Source: Agathobacter sp. (GTDB lineage Bacteria > Bacillota > Clostridia > Lachnospirales > Lachnospiraceae). From it: a stretch of 64,000 nucleotides of DNA. This document shows positions 10,332 through 19,652 of this stretch, one piece after another; position 1 is the stretch's first letter; every line of letters starts with the position of its first letter. The notes under the pieces were generated by a model. That model did no database searches. It was not told the origin of the DNA and worked only from the letters and a program-made list of their open reading frames with translations. A program made the position numbers and the translations under genes. The stretch is from contig JBGVHH010000098.1 in NCBI GenBank assembly GCA_045122195.1, positions 25,820 through 89,819 on the forward strand. The letters are read 5' to 3'.

Positions 10332-11168
10332 CTAAATACGACATATTCGTCGATATTCCTCTTTGCAATCTAAAATAATTTTTGTAATTTCGTTATTATA
10401 TCTTATCTTATCTTTATCTTTTATCATTGCAATAGCTTCTAGATTTTCTTCAAACTCCTGAGTTCTTGCCGATCTACTAGCCATAGATAACAAATTTTTC
10501 AACTCTACAACTTCCATATCAGAAACATTAAATTCCTCAACGGTTCCATTAAATCCATTGCTATCCCTCATACATCTGTATGCCAGTAAGCATTCCCACA
10601 GAGATTCCTTTTTCTGATTTAATCTATATGCATTTCTATAACATTTCACAGCTTCTTCAAAAAGAAATAATCTTGCATATGCAGTTCCCAAATTATGATA
10701 TATATTGCCACACAAAACTGGATTCTGACTCTTTGCATCTTCTGATTCCAAAAGTCTCTTATATTCGTAAATGCTATTAAGATATTTTTCATTTTCCATA
10801 AGCTTATCAGCTCTAATCTTATTACATTCAAAATCAGATTTTTCTTCCATCTGTTGTAACGCAAACAGAATCTCCTTTTGTTCTGAAGGCGTACAATATC
10901 CACTGTAAGACAATAGCTTTCCAACAAACTCAGAAAGCATCCCCTCTGATCTTAATATATCTCTTAATTGTTCAGCCAATTTCGGTATTTTTGCCTCTTT
11001 ATCAATCCACGTACAAAGTTCTTCACTCATGAAATCCTTATCAAGCAAAAAAGTATTGTTTAGGATATAGTAGCAAAGTTCTTCTATTGAATAGACATTT
11101 ATAGAAATGTTATCAACATAAAAAGGCATAGCTGTTATAGATTCATTACAAAGCAATAATTCTCCCAT
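10332..11168 (-). CDS. Hypothetical TPR-containing protein
   Basis: IYHNLGTAYARLFLFEEAVKCYRNAY is a canonical TPR. SD GGAG. Confidence 0.8.
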   Translation of the reverse strand: MGELLLCNESITAMPFYVDNISINVYSIEELCYYILNNTFLLDKDFMSEELCTWIDKEAKIPKLAEQLRDILRSEGMLSEFVGKLLSYSGYCTPSEQKEILFALQQMEEKSDFECNKIRADKLMENEKYLNSIYEYKRLLESEDAKSQNPVLCGNIYHNLGTAYARLFLFEEAVKCYRNAYRLNQKKESLWECLLAYRCMRDSNGFNGTVEEFNVSDMEVVELKNLLSMASRSARTQEFEENLEAIAMIKDKDKIRYNNEITKIILDCKEEYRRICRI

Positions 11169-11176
11169 AATTACTC

Positions 11177-12412
11177 CTACATTGTCATCTCATAATGCCA
11201 AGTCTTGTCAGTACTTCTAAAAATCTCGCCAAACCCCAAATCTTTAATCGTGATTTCAATTTTGTCATCTGAAATAGGTGTAGCGGTAATTCTAACACGG
11301 GTCGTTCTATCAGGGCGAGATGGTAAATCTGTCAATTCAAGAGTTTCAATCTTTGCTTCCCTACTATTTGGAAGCTGTTTCCAAAAATCTATCTCCGGAG
11401 TTCCTGAAATAATAATCTCGCATTCTCCCTTTGTCTGGAACCAGTTTTTACCTGCACTTATAAGATTATAAAAAGAAAGATTTCCTCTGTCTTTAACCTT
11501 TAAGCTAAGATTGAATTTAATCTCGTTCTCTCCCATATAGATAAAAGCCCAGTCGTCTTCAAAATCCTTTGCTTTTGCAGCATAACATGCACCTTTTGAA
11601 TAAAGATTCTTGCCGGCAAAAGCTCGTCTTCCCCTACAAAGTGTAGCAATAGAACTTTTCATCCAATCGCCATCAAATCCAGCTCCAACTAGATACACTG
11701 TTGATATGATTTTATTTTCAAATGCCTTCTGAATAATACGCGAAAAATCCATATCTTTATCTTCTGAAAGCCATGCTTTCTGGCTTTCATATATAGATAC
11801 CACCTGTGGAGTTGTTCTTAAATCTCGTTTTAACCCATAATACTTCATGGTCTCATTCTCATATTCAAACAAATATACATCATGAAGCCACAGATTTTCT
11901 TCCTGACTCAGAGCAAAATAGTAAAAACTCTCTTTATGGTCAATAACCAGAAACTGTTCAGAAGTAAGCCCCAGTTTTGGAAGTAAATTCCAGAACATAT
12001 TCATATTTTCTTTTGTAAGCTTATCTACCGTAATGACTAATTTATCACAGTCCTTTGGATTTCCAAGTTTTTGAGGAATAGACATTACTTTTTTTATAAA
12101 TAATGCCATCAATTCTTCTGCAGTGAAGGTATCATCATCCATCACAATTTTTTCCCCAGATACTGCACGCTTTAACAATGAATCAATGCAAATCATCTCA
12201 CTGTTTTTCGCCATCTTACGAGCATCATCACCATAATACCACTGCCTTAAGCCTTTTCTTTTCGCCAGTACTGTCGGTATCTGATAAACTTCACTGCCAG
12301 CAATTGTACTAACCGTTTCCGGTTCATTCATATTTAATTGAAAAAAGCTTACCATAGCATACTTATCATTCAAATCAATGCCAATATAGTAAGGATTCTC
12401 TTTTCTTTCCAT
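11177..12412 (-). CDS. DUF5716-like protein with a degenerate Hsp70/actin-like fold
   Basis: IGIDL, IPTVL, YGDDA, LVITV, VYLVGAG and NLYSKGACYAA parallel the DnaK NBD motifs. C-terminal LP.RP..TTRVRI resembles the SBD-beta region. DUF name from recall. Confidence 0.75.
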   Translation of the reverse strand: MERKENPYYIGIDLNDKYAMVSFFQLNMNEPETVSTIAGSEVYQIPTVLAKRKGLRQWYYGDDARKMAKNSEMICIDSLLKRAVSGEKIVMDDDTFTAEELMALFIKKVMSIPQKLGNPKDCDKLVITVDKLTKENMNMFWNLLPKLGLTSEQFLVIDHKESFYYFALSQEENLWLHDVYLFEYENETMKYYGLKRDLRTTPQVVSIYESQKAWLSEDKDMDFSRIIQKAFENKIISTVYLVGAGFDGDWMKSSIATLCRGRRAFAGKNLYSKGACYAAKAKDFEDDWAFIYMGENEIKFNLSLKVKDRGNLSFYNLISAGKNWFQTKGECEIIISGTPEIDFWKQLPNSREAKIETLELTDLPSRPDRTTRVRITATPISDDKIEITIKDLGFGEIFRSTDKTWHYEMTM

Positions 12413-12430
12413 ACAGTACTAACCTCTAAT

Positions 12431-15400
12431 CTACAATAACTTAAAAACTTGTTTTGTCACCTCATCATAGCCTACGTATTGTTTCATATCCCTATACATA
12501 GCTACCTCATCCTGAAGTGTATTGGAAATAATAATCTGATTTATAAGATTATATCTGCTCTCGTCGTCTTCGCCATAAATATCATTGTTGGAAAGTCTGT
12601 TGCTTTCTGTAACTTCAACTTTATTATCCAGTTCTTCAGAAATGTAATACTGAACCATCTCTCCGAAAAACATAACAAACGACTTCACGTAGATACCATC
12701 ATAAACATCTATCATGTCTTCAACAATAAAATCCTGTCCATCCTCATCTCTGCTATAATTCAAAACAACATGACTTCCTGGCTTTCCTCTATATTGAAGG
12801 AATACCTTATCATAAAAATGATATTTAAGAATCAGACTCCTATCCAGCTTTTTGTAAAATGCAAAATTCATATTTCTACATGTATACTCTGAAAGAAGTT
12901 CATCTTCAATTTTATACTGTCCAAGAGTAATGTCCTTTATTGTTGATAAATGTTTTAACAGAGCTAGTTTACATGCGTCATTTAATTCTTTCTGGCAAAT
13001 ATATCTATTTTCAATAATATCAAACAGTTCTTCTCCCATTGGTTTATCGTCTACAAAATACTCATGTGAGCAGGCACTAAGATAAGCCAGTATTGTAAGC
13101 TCTCTTCCACCTGTTTTATAATAATTTGTAAAGATATTAAATATAGATATAAGTTCTCCACCTACATATACTAATTGATTTATTATTCGCTCTTCCAATT
13201 CAAACGTCTCTATTTCAAAAACAGAAGCAGCCTTCCATAAAGAGATCATAATATCAGTCGGTCCGTTATAGAATTTACATAAATATCCAAGAATTGTATC
13301 ATTGTATTTTTTTGATAAAAACGCCTGTTCAACAAGCTTTAACAGGAAATCATCCGCTTCTTCTATCTTATTTATCTCATAAACCGCCAAAGCAACCTTT
13401 GATGATGTTCCTATCTGATCTATACCATATTGCTGAATAAGCTCATATGCAATATCATACATACGATTCCATACAAGCATATCCAATAAATATTTTCTTG
13501 CATCAGATGTGAGATTATTGAAATCTGTCTTTGACAGGAATTCCTTTATAATACCATCGTATTCGCATGTCTGATAAAATTTAAGAATCTCAGGTGCCAT
13601 CTGTGCTTTATATTCATCTGACGTTTCTTTTCCAAAAAGAATTCTTGGAAAATATTTCTTATCCTCTTCTGTAAATGTCAAATAACTCTGTTTAGAATTA
13701 AATACAGATATAATATATGAAATCTGTTCTGGAGCAAGTTCAATACATTTACTAATGTATTTGTCAGTCTCCATCAATTTTTGAAGTCTGTATGACACAC
13801 TTCCTACATATCTGTGTCCTTTCTCATCTTCGAACAGAATTACATACTCATTTGAAAACAGCTGAAAATATGCAGCCTGATTAACAATCGGAACAATTTG
13901 CGGGTCTTCAATTTGTCTTTGATATATAATGGCTCTAACCATTTTTCTATCAAACACAACCAACTTGCATGTAAAAATAATATCCGAAAGTTCTCGCGCA
14001 AGTTCCTCATTCACCAGTCCCAAATCCAGCATATCTTCATATAATACGGCCAAATTATCATCCATATGACCAAGTTCAACCTGCTCCATAGCAAATTTTC
14101 CCATTGCTCGTCTATACTTTTGATATACCTCAATATTGCTTTCTTTCGCAGCAATAATATTGTTGTACAAAACAGCCATATTCTTATATGAAAGCGTACT
14201 ATCATACTGAAAATACATCTGAATAATCTTTGGAACAGGAATCACTTTTCTTTCATCCATCGACAATAAAAATGCCTCATATAAGCCAGTGATTCTAAGT
14301 TCAAGCTCGATTCCCTTTTCATACCACTCATGATACTGTGGCTGATATTGCTGTCCTTTAATCAAATATGAACAGATTAATCCTATATACTCAGGTTTTG
14401 AATCAGCATCATAGGCTGCACATAATATTCTAAAAATTGTTTTATCAAAGCTTCTACTAACCTCAACAATTTCAAAAATCTGAGCAGCAATCTCCTTTGT
14501 AAGAGCATGCTGTTTAATCGCCCAGCGAAGAATTCTAATCTCAAACTTATCAAGCTTTGTAAGAAGATATGGATCCTGCCAAATCAAATAATAAGCTTCT
14601 AGATAAAAATACGGAGATGAGCCACCTTTTAACACCCAATACTCTATAGCTTTTAGCTTCCTTGCATTGTTGTTATAATACTGTTCCTGTAGAAACAGCA
14701 ACACCCAGAACAATAATTTTGAGTCAGGGTTTTCATAAAAAATCAGCTCAATCTCATGAGTCATTTTGTCAACATATGCTGGCTCACGTTCCATAAGAGT
14801 CATCAGATATAGATAATATCCCCATATAGGAGCTTTATGATCAACCCAGTTTCTCTTAAAATCATCAAGTATCCATTCTGCTTCCTGTCTTTGTCTATTC
14901 ACAATAAATGCCTGAGCTTTCATCAAGACATACATTTCCTCATCTGGATCCAATGCATGAAGATGATTTAAAATATCTATTGTTTCGTTTGCCCAAACAC
15001 CAGTAACTATTCTTTTCAAACGGTAAGCCTGATATAATTCCATTATACCAACCTTACATTCATTTATCTGAATCTGTTCTGAAACTTTTTTATTATCATC
15101 AGCCTTACTAACTTCACATTTTCTATTTGCTACAACATCAATAGAATATGACTGATAAGCAGAATTAATATATATTCTTCCGAAATTTTTTCCTGCATGC
15201 ATGGCATCATAATCTATAATAAACTCATAGTTATACACACTACCAATAAAATCATTTGTACAGACAATTGGTTTCGAAAGTCTAATAAATTCACAATCAG
15301 TAGATAATCTAATCTCAACAAATCCCCAATTATTCTTGGAAATTTCAAAAGAACTCTTTATAGACTCTTCTATGTCTTTAAATTCTTCTGAAGACTTCTC

Positions 15401-15985
15401 CACAGAAATCTCAACAGCTTTTTTCTTCTGAATACCAATTAGAAATTCTTCCAGATTCTGATTTGAAGGTTTTGCTGAGACGATTCCTTTATAAATCATC
15501 CTCTCTTTAATTTCATTTGAATTGATAATGTTTTCAAAATTTTTATTATAAAATAATTGATAGCTTTCATCCCAGTTTTCCTTTGCCAGGCATGAAAAAT
15601 CATAAAGATTTCTGATTACCCCAATAGAAGATTCAGCATAAAGTTTAGAAATTTTTGCACAAAAAGAAAGACTGTACTCGCACTGATTGCATACAATCAC
15701 AAATGAACCTTCTGAGGTATCTCCCTCAACAAGTCCTTCACTATTAAATTGATAGCGAATCCTGACTTCTTCGCCCTCAAATTGTGGAGTTAAGCATTCC
15801 ATACGTGGATTGGTTGAATACACAATGCCACGAATCTTCATCTGGTTGTTACATTTTATAGTAAAACTTCCAGGTTCGTCCCTTCCCTCAGTGACCTGAA
15901 GATCGACAAACTCCTCTGAAAACGTCAAAAGCGGCTTCGCGTATTCGAATTTACCTCTGGCAATCTGCCCTATTCGTTTACGCAC
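12431..15985 (-). CDS. DUF5717-like large protein (beta-rich N-terminus, helical repeats)
   Basis: 1184-aa ORF, GTG start with SD GAGGT. Ig-like beta segments at the N-terminus, long helical Tyr/Leu-rich body. DUF name from recall. Confidence 0.75.
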   Translation of the reverse strand: MRKRIGQIARGKFEYAKPLLTFSEEFVDLQVTEGRDEPGSFTIKCNNQMKIRGIVYSTNPRMECLTPQFEGEEVRIRYQFNSEGLVEGDTSEGSFVIVCNQCEYSLSFCAKISKLYAESSIGVIRNLYDFSCLAKENWDESYQLFYNKNFENIINSNEIKERMIYKGIVSAKPSNQNLEEFLIGIQKKKAVEISVEKSSEEFKDIEESIKSSFEISKNNWGFVEIRLSTDCEFIRLSKPIVCTNDFIGSVYNYEFIIDYDAMHAGKNFGRIYINSAYQSYSIDVVANRKCEVSKADDNKKVSEQIQINECKVGIMELYQAYRLKRIVTGVWANETIDILNHLHALDPDEEMYVLMKAQAFIVNRQRQEAEWILDDFKRNWVDHKAPIWGYYLYLMTLMEREPAYVDKMTHEIELIFYENPDSKLLFWVLLFLQEQYYNNNARKLKAIEYWVLKGGSSPYFYLEAYYLIWQDPYLLTKLDKFEIRILRWAIKQHALTKEIAAQIFEIVEVSRSFDKTIFRILCAAYDADSKPEYIGLICSYLIKGQQYQPQYHEWYEKGIELELRITGLYEAFLLSMDERKVIPVPKIIQMYFQYDSTLSYKNMAVLYNNIIAAKESNIEVYQKYRRAMGKFAMEQVELGHMDDNLAVLYEDMLDLGLVNEELARELSDIIFTCKLVVFDRKMVRAIIYQRQIEDPQIVPIVNQAAYFQLFSNEYVILFEDEKGHRYVGSVSYRLQKLMETDKYISKCIELAPEQISYIISVFNSKQSYLTFTEEDKKYFPRILFGKETSDEYKAQMAPEILKFYQTCEYDGIIKEFLSKTDFNNLTSDARKYLLDMLVWNRMYDIAYELIQQYGIDQIGTSSKVALAVYEINKIEEADDFLLKLVEQAFLSKKYNDTILGYLCKFYNGPTDIMISLWKAASVFEIETFELEERIINQLVYVGGELISIFNIFTNYYKTGGRELTILAYLSACSHEYFVDDKPMGEELFDIIENRYICQKELNDACKLALLKHLSTIKDITLGQYKIEDELLSEYTCRNMNFAFYKKLDRSLILKYHFYDKVFLQYRGKPGSHVVLNYSRDEDGQDFIVEDMIDVYDGIYVKSFVMFFGEMVQYYISEELDNKVEVTESNRLSNNDIYGEDDESRYNLINQIIISNTLQDEVAMYRDMKQYVGYDEVTKQVFKLL

Positions 15986-16012
15986 AATTCTCTACCTCGC
16001 CGTCTTTCTTTG

Positions 16013-16040
16013 TTGATTTTTAATAAACATAGAATATAAT
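16013..16040 (+). promoter_or_regulatory. Putative sigma-A promoter of the cobD-like gene
   Basis: TTGATT-N16-TATAAT. Confidence 0.5.
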
Positions 16041-16041
16041 G

Positions 16042-16070
16042 ATTATATACGATTTGAAGACCACTTGCAA
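16042..16070 (-). promoter_or_regulatory. Putative sigma-A promoter of the DUF5717 operon
   Basis: Minus strand TTGCAA-N17-TATAAT. Confidence 0.6.
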
Positions 16071-16088
16071 CAAGAAAGGATTTAATAA

Positions 16089-17174
16089 ATGCTTGAACAA
16101 AAAGAACATTTCCACGGAAGCGACTTGGAAAAAATTGAAAAAAAATACGTAATAAATAAAGAGGATATTGTGAGTTTTTCAGCAAATGTAAACCCACTTG
16201 GCATATCCCCACTATTAAAAAATGCTATAGCCTCAAAGGTAGATGCTATTACCTCTTATCCTGACCGAGAATACACTTCTCTTCGCAAAGCAATTGCCAC
16301 ATACTGTGACTGCAATTCCAACAATATAGTTGTAGGAAACGGCTGTACAGAGCTAATCTCACTATTTATTAAAATTACAGCACCCAAAAAAACTTTAATT
16401 ATCGGACCAACATATTCAGAATATGAAAGAGATTTAAAACTTTTTGGAAGCGAAATAGATTATTTTTATCTCGAAGAAGCAGCTGATTTTATACTTGATT
16501 ATAACAAGCTAGAATCCACTCTCAACAACAAAATTGATTTACTGATAATATGCAACCCAAATAATCCCACCGGAGGCATTATAAAGCCTGATGTATTATC
16601 AAAAATTCTTAAGCATTGTAAGAAAAATAACACTTTTGTAATGGTTGATGAGACATATATCGAATTTGTACCAGATGTATCAGAGCTTACTGCCATTTCC
16701 CTTTGTGACAATTTTGATAATCTGATTGTGCTTAGAGGAACCTCAAAATTCTTTGCAGCTCCAGGACTTCGACTTGGATATGCAGTAACCGGCAACAAAG
16801 TGATAATAAACGAAATAAACACCAACAAAAATCCATGGATGATTAACTCTCTTGCTGTTGTAGCCGGGGAGACTATGTTTTTAGATAAAGAATATATTGA
16901 AAATACAAGAAAGTTCATTTTATCAGAACGAACAAAAATGGAAAAGATATTAGGCGATAATCCAAAATACAAGATTTATCCTTCTTATTCCAACTTTATC
17001 CTAATAAAGATCTTAGATCCTACTATTTCATCGTATAAATTATTTGAAAGAGCAATAAAACAAAACATGATGATTCGTGACTGTTCATCCTTCCCTGGTT
17101 TTGATGACAGATATATCCGTATCTGCGTGATGAACTCAGAAGACAATAAACGATTACTAGATGTATTACTGTAA
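16089..17174 (+). CDS. PLP-dependent class I/II aminotransferase-family enzyme, CobD (threonine-phosphate decarboxylase)/HisC-like
   Basis: HG.D, FSANVNPLG, YPD..Y, GNG.TELI, CNPNNPTG, VDETY, SKFFAAPGLRLGY (PLP lysine), IRDC. Confidence 0.85.
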   Translation: MLEQKEHFHGSDLEKIEKKYVINKEDIVSFSANVNPLGISPLLKNAIASKVDAITSYPDREYTSLRKAIATYCDCNSNNIVVGNGCTELISLFIKITAPKKTLIIGPTYSEYERDLKLFGSEIDYFYLEEAADFILDYNKLESTLNNKIDLLIICNPNNPTGGIIKPDVLSKILKHCKKNNTFVMVDETYIEFVPDVSELTAISLCDNFDNLIVLRGTSKFFAAPGLRLGYAVTGNKVIINEINTNKNPWMINSLAVVAGETMFLDKEYIENTRKFILSERTKMEKILGDNPKYKIYPSYSNFILIKILDPTISSYKLFERAIKQNMMIRDCSSFPGFDDRYIRICVMNSEDNKRLLDVLL

Positions 17175-17177
17175 ATC

Positions 17178-17210
17178 AAAAAGAGAATGCAAAACCGCAT
17201 TCTCTTTTTT
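17178..17210. terminator. Bidirectional intrinsic terminator
   Basis: AAAAAGAGAATGC-aaaacc-GCATTCTCTTTTT between convergent genes. Confidence 0.85.
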
Positions 17211-17219
17211 AATCTAATT

Positions 17220-18611
17220 CTATTTATTTGATAAATATTCGTGAATACCCTTTGCAGCAGCTTTTCCAGCACCCATAGCAAGAATAACTGTTGCAGCACC
17301 AGTTACAGCATCTCCACCGGCAAATACACCGTCTTTAGATGTAGCACCAGTTTCTTCTGTTGCAACGATACACTTTCTTCTATTGATATCAAGACCATCT
17401 GTTGTAGAAGAAATAAGTGGATTCGGAGATGTACCAAGTGACATAATTACTGTATCGCATTCGATTTCATACTCTGAACCAGGAATCTCAACAGGACTTC
17501 TACGTCCAGACTCATCTGGCTCACCAAGCTCCATTTTCACAAGTTTAATTCCTTTAACCCAGCCTTCATCATCAACAAGGATTTCTGTAGGATTCTGAAG
17601 TAAATCAAAAATGATTCCTTCTTCTTTTGCATGATGTACTTCTTCTTTACGAGCTGGAAGTTCTTCCTCACTACGTCTATATACGATATGTGTCTCTGCA
17701 CCAAGTCTAAGAGCAGTTCTAGCAGCATCCATAGCAACGTTTCCACCACCAACTACTACTACTTTTTTACCTCTTGAGATTGGTGTCTCATATCCTTCCT
17801 TGAAAGCTTTCATAAGGTTATTTCTTGTAAGGAACTCATTTGCAGAGAAAACTCCATTTGCCTGTTCTCCAGGAATTCCCATAAATCTTGGAAGACCAGC
17901 TCCAGAACCGATAAATACAGCCTCAAAGCCTTCTTTTTCCATAAGTTCATCAATCTTAACTGAACGACCAATTACAACGTTTGTCTCGATTTTAACACCT
18001 AATGATTTAACATTCTCTACTTCAGCAGCTACAACCTTGTCTTTTGGAAGACGGAACTCAGGAATACCATATACTAATACTCCACCTGCAGCATGAAGTG
18101 CTTCAAAAATTGTTACATCATATCCTAATTTTGCAAGATCACCGGCACATGTAAGTCCTGCAGGGCCAGAACCGATTACTGCAACTTTCTTTCCATTCTT
18201 TGTCTCAGCAGCCTTTGGTTTAACACCATTCTCACGAGCTGTATCAGCAACAAATCTCTCAAGCTTACCAATTGAAACAGGATCTCCCTTGAAGCCTCTG
18301 ATACATTTACCCTCACACTGGCTCTCCTGAGGACACACACGACCACATACAGCTGGAAGTGCTGATGACTCAGAAATCACTTCATAAGCCTTGTCGAAAT
18401 TTCCTTCTTTAACCTGCTCAATAAATGCAGGAATATTGATTGAAACAGGGCAACCCTTTACACACTGTGCATTCTTACAGTTAAGACATCTTGTTGCCTC
18501 TGCCATTGCTTCTTCTTTATTGTAACCATAACAAACTTCTTCGAAATTTGTGGCACGGACTTTTGGCTCCTGCTCTCTAACAGGTACTCTTACTAAAACA
18601 TCTACATCCAT
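17220..18611 (-). CDS. nfnB: NfnB / homotetrameric GltA-like NADPH-dependent flavoprotein (large subunit of electron-bifurcating transhydrogenase)
   Basis: RCLNC...C..GCP and CGRVCPQE.QCE FeS motifs, GSGPAGL, GGGNVAMD, GGD..TG. Translationally coupled to an NfnA-type gene. Confidence 0.85.
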   Translation of the reverse strand: MDVDVLVRVPVREQEPKVRATNFEEVCYGYNKEEAMAEATRCLNCKNAQCVKGCPVSINIPAFIEQVKEGNFDKAYEVISESSALPAVCGRVCPQESQCEGKCIRGFKGDPVSIGKLERFVADTARENGVKPKAAETKNGKKVAVIGSGPAGLTCAGDLAKLGYDVTIFEALHAAGGVLVYGIPEFRLPKDKVVAAEVENVKSLGVKIETNVVIGRSVKIDELMEKEGFEAVFIGSGAGLPRFMGIPGEQANGVFSANEFLTRNNLMKAFKEGYETPISRGKKVVVVGGGNVAMDAARTALRLGAETHIVYRRSEEELPARKEEVHHAKEEGIIFDLLQNPTEILVDDEGWVKGIKLVKMELGEPDESGRRSPVEIPGSEYEIECDTVIMSLGTSPNPLISSTTDGLDINRRKCIVATEETGATSKDGVFAGGDAVTGAATVILAMGAGKAAAKGIHEYLSNK

Positions 18612-19501
18612 TATTTGTCACCTCCGCAATGTCCACAGCCACCATGATGAGTAGCTCCTTCTTCATAAGCTAATTTAGCTCTTCCTTCTTCAGTCTTGTA
18701 TTGCTGCTGTCTCTTCATAGCCTGATCAAAGTCAACTAAGTGACCATCAAACTCAGGTCCATCAACACATGCAAACTTAACCTCATCTCCTACTACAAGA
18801 CGGCAAGCTCCACACATACCAGTTCCATCAACCATGATTGGGTTCATTGAAACAATTGTAGGAATACCGAGATCTTTTGTAAGGAGTGCTGTAAATTTCA
18901 TCATTATCATTGGTCCGATTGCAACACACTGATCGTATTTTGCACCTGCATCTACCAATGCCTGAAGCTGCTGGCTACCGTTTCCATGGAATGCATATGA
19001 TCCATCATCAGTACAAACATAAAGATTTTTGGCAACAGCTTTCATCTCATCCTCAAAGAAAAGAATGTCCTTATTTCTGAATCCCATGATGACATCAACG
19101 TCAACACCATGCTCTTTTAACCATTTAACCTGTGGATATACTGGAGCTGTTCCTAATCCACCAGCGATAAATACAATGTTTTTCTTCTTAGTTTCTTCAA
19201 GATTCTCTTCGATACATAACTCAGATGGGCATCCTAAAGGTCCTACGAAATCCTGTAATGAATCTCCCTCCTGAAGTGACATCATACGCTCAGTACCAGC
19301 ACCGATTGTCTGAACAACGATTGTAACTGTCTCTTTTTCTCTGTCATAATCACATATTGTAAGTGGAATTCTCTCTCCCACCTCATCAGTCTTTGCGATA
19401 ATAAACTGACCTGGCAAGCACTCTTTCGCAACTCTTGGTGCTTTAATATCCATGAGTATGATATTATCTGCCAATTTTTCTCTTCGTACTATTGGATACA
19501 T
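18611..19501 (-). CDS. nfnA: NfnA-like FAD/NAD-binding 2Fe-2S subunit (PyrK/SudB family)
   Basis: PGQF, ERIPLT, GPLG, AGGLGTAP, GPMIMM, DGTGMCGACR and CVDGPEFDG. Confidence 0.88.
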   Translation of the reverse strand: MYPIVRREKLADNIILMDIKAPRVAKECLPGQFIIAKTDEVGERIPLTICDYDREKETVTIVVQTIGAGTERMMSLQEGDSLQDFVGPLGCPSELCIEENLEETKKKNIVFIAGGLGTAPVYPQVKWLKEHGVDVDVIMGFRNKDILFFEDEMKAVAKNLYVCTDDGSYAFHGNGSQQLQALVDAGAKYDQCVAIGPMIMMKFTALLTKDLGIPTIVSMNPIMVDGTGMCGACRLVVGDEVKFACVDGPEFDGHLVDFDQAMKRQQQYKTEEGRAKLAYEEGATHHGGCGHCGGDK

Positions 19502-19560
19502 TGCTTTCCTCCTAGATATAAACTAATCCCTAATATAATTTGTACTAAAATCACCCAATA

Positions 19561-19590
19561 AAAAGGCGTACAAACATAATCGTACGCCTT
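19561..19590 (-). terminator. Inverted repeat upstream of nfnA (terminator or operator)
   Basis: AAGGCGTAC...GTACGCCTT, followed by a U-run on the minus strand. Confidence 0.5.
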
Positions 19591-19652
19591 CCATTTTAAA
19601 GTAAAATACACAAATTTACAATATTTTTCTTTTTTTATACTATAAAAAATAA

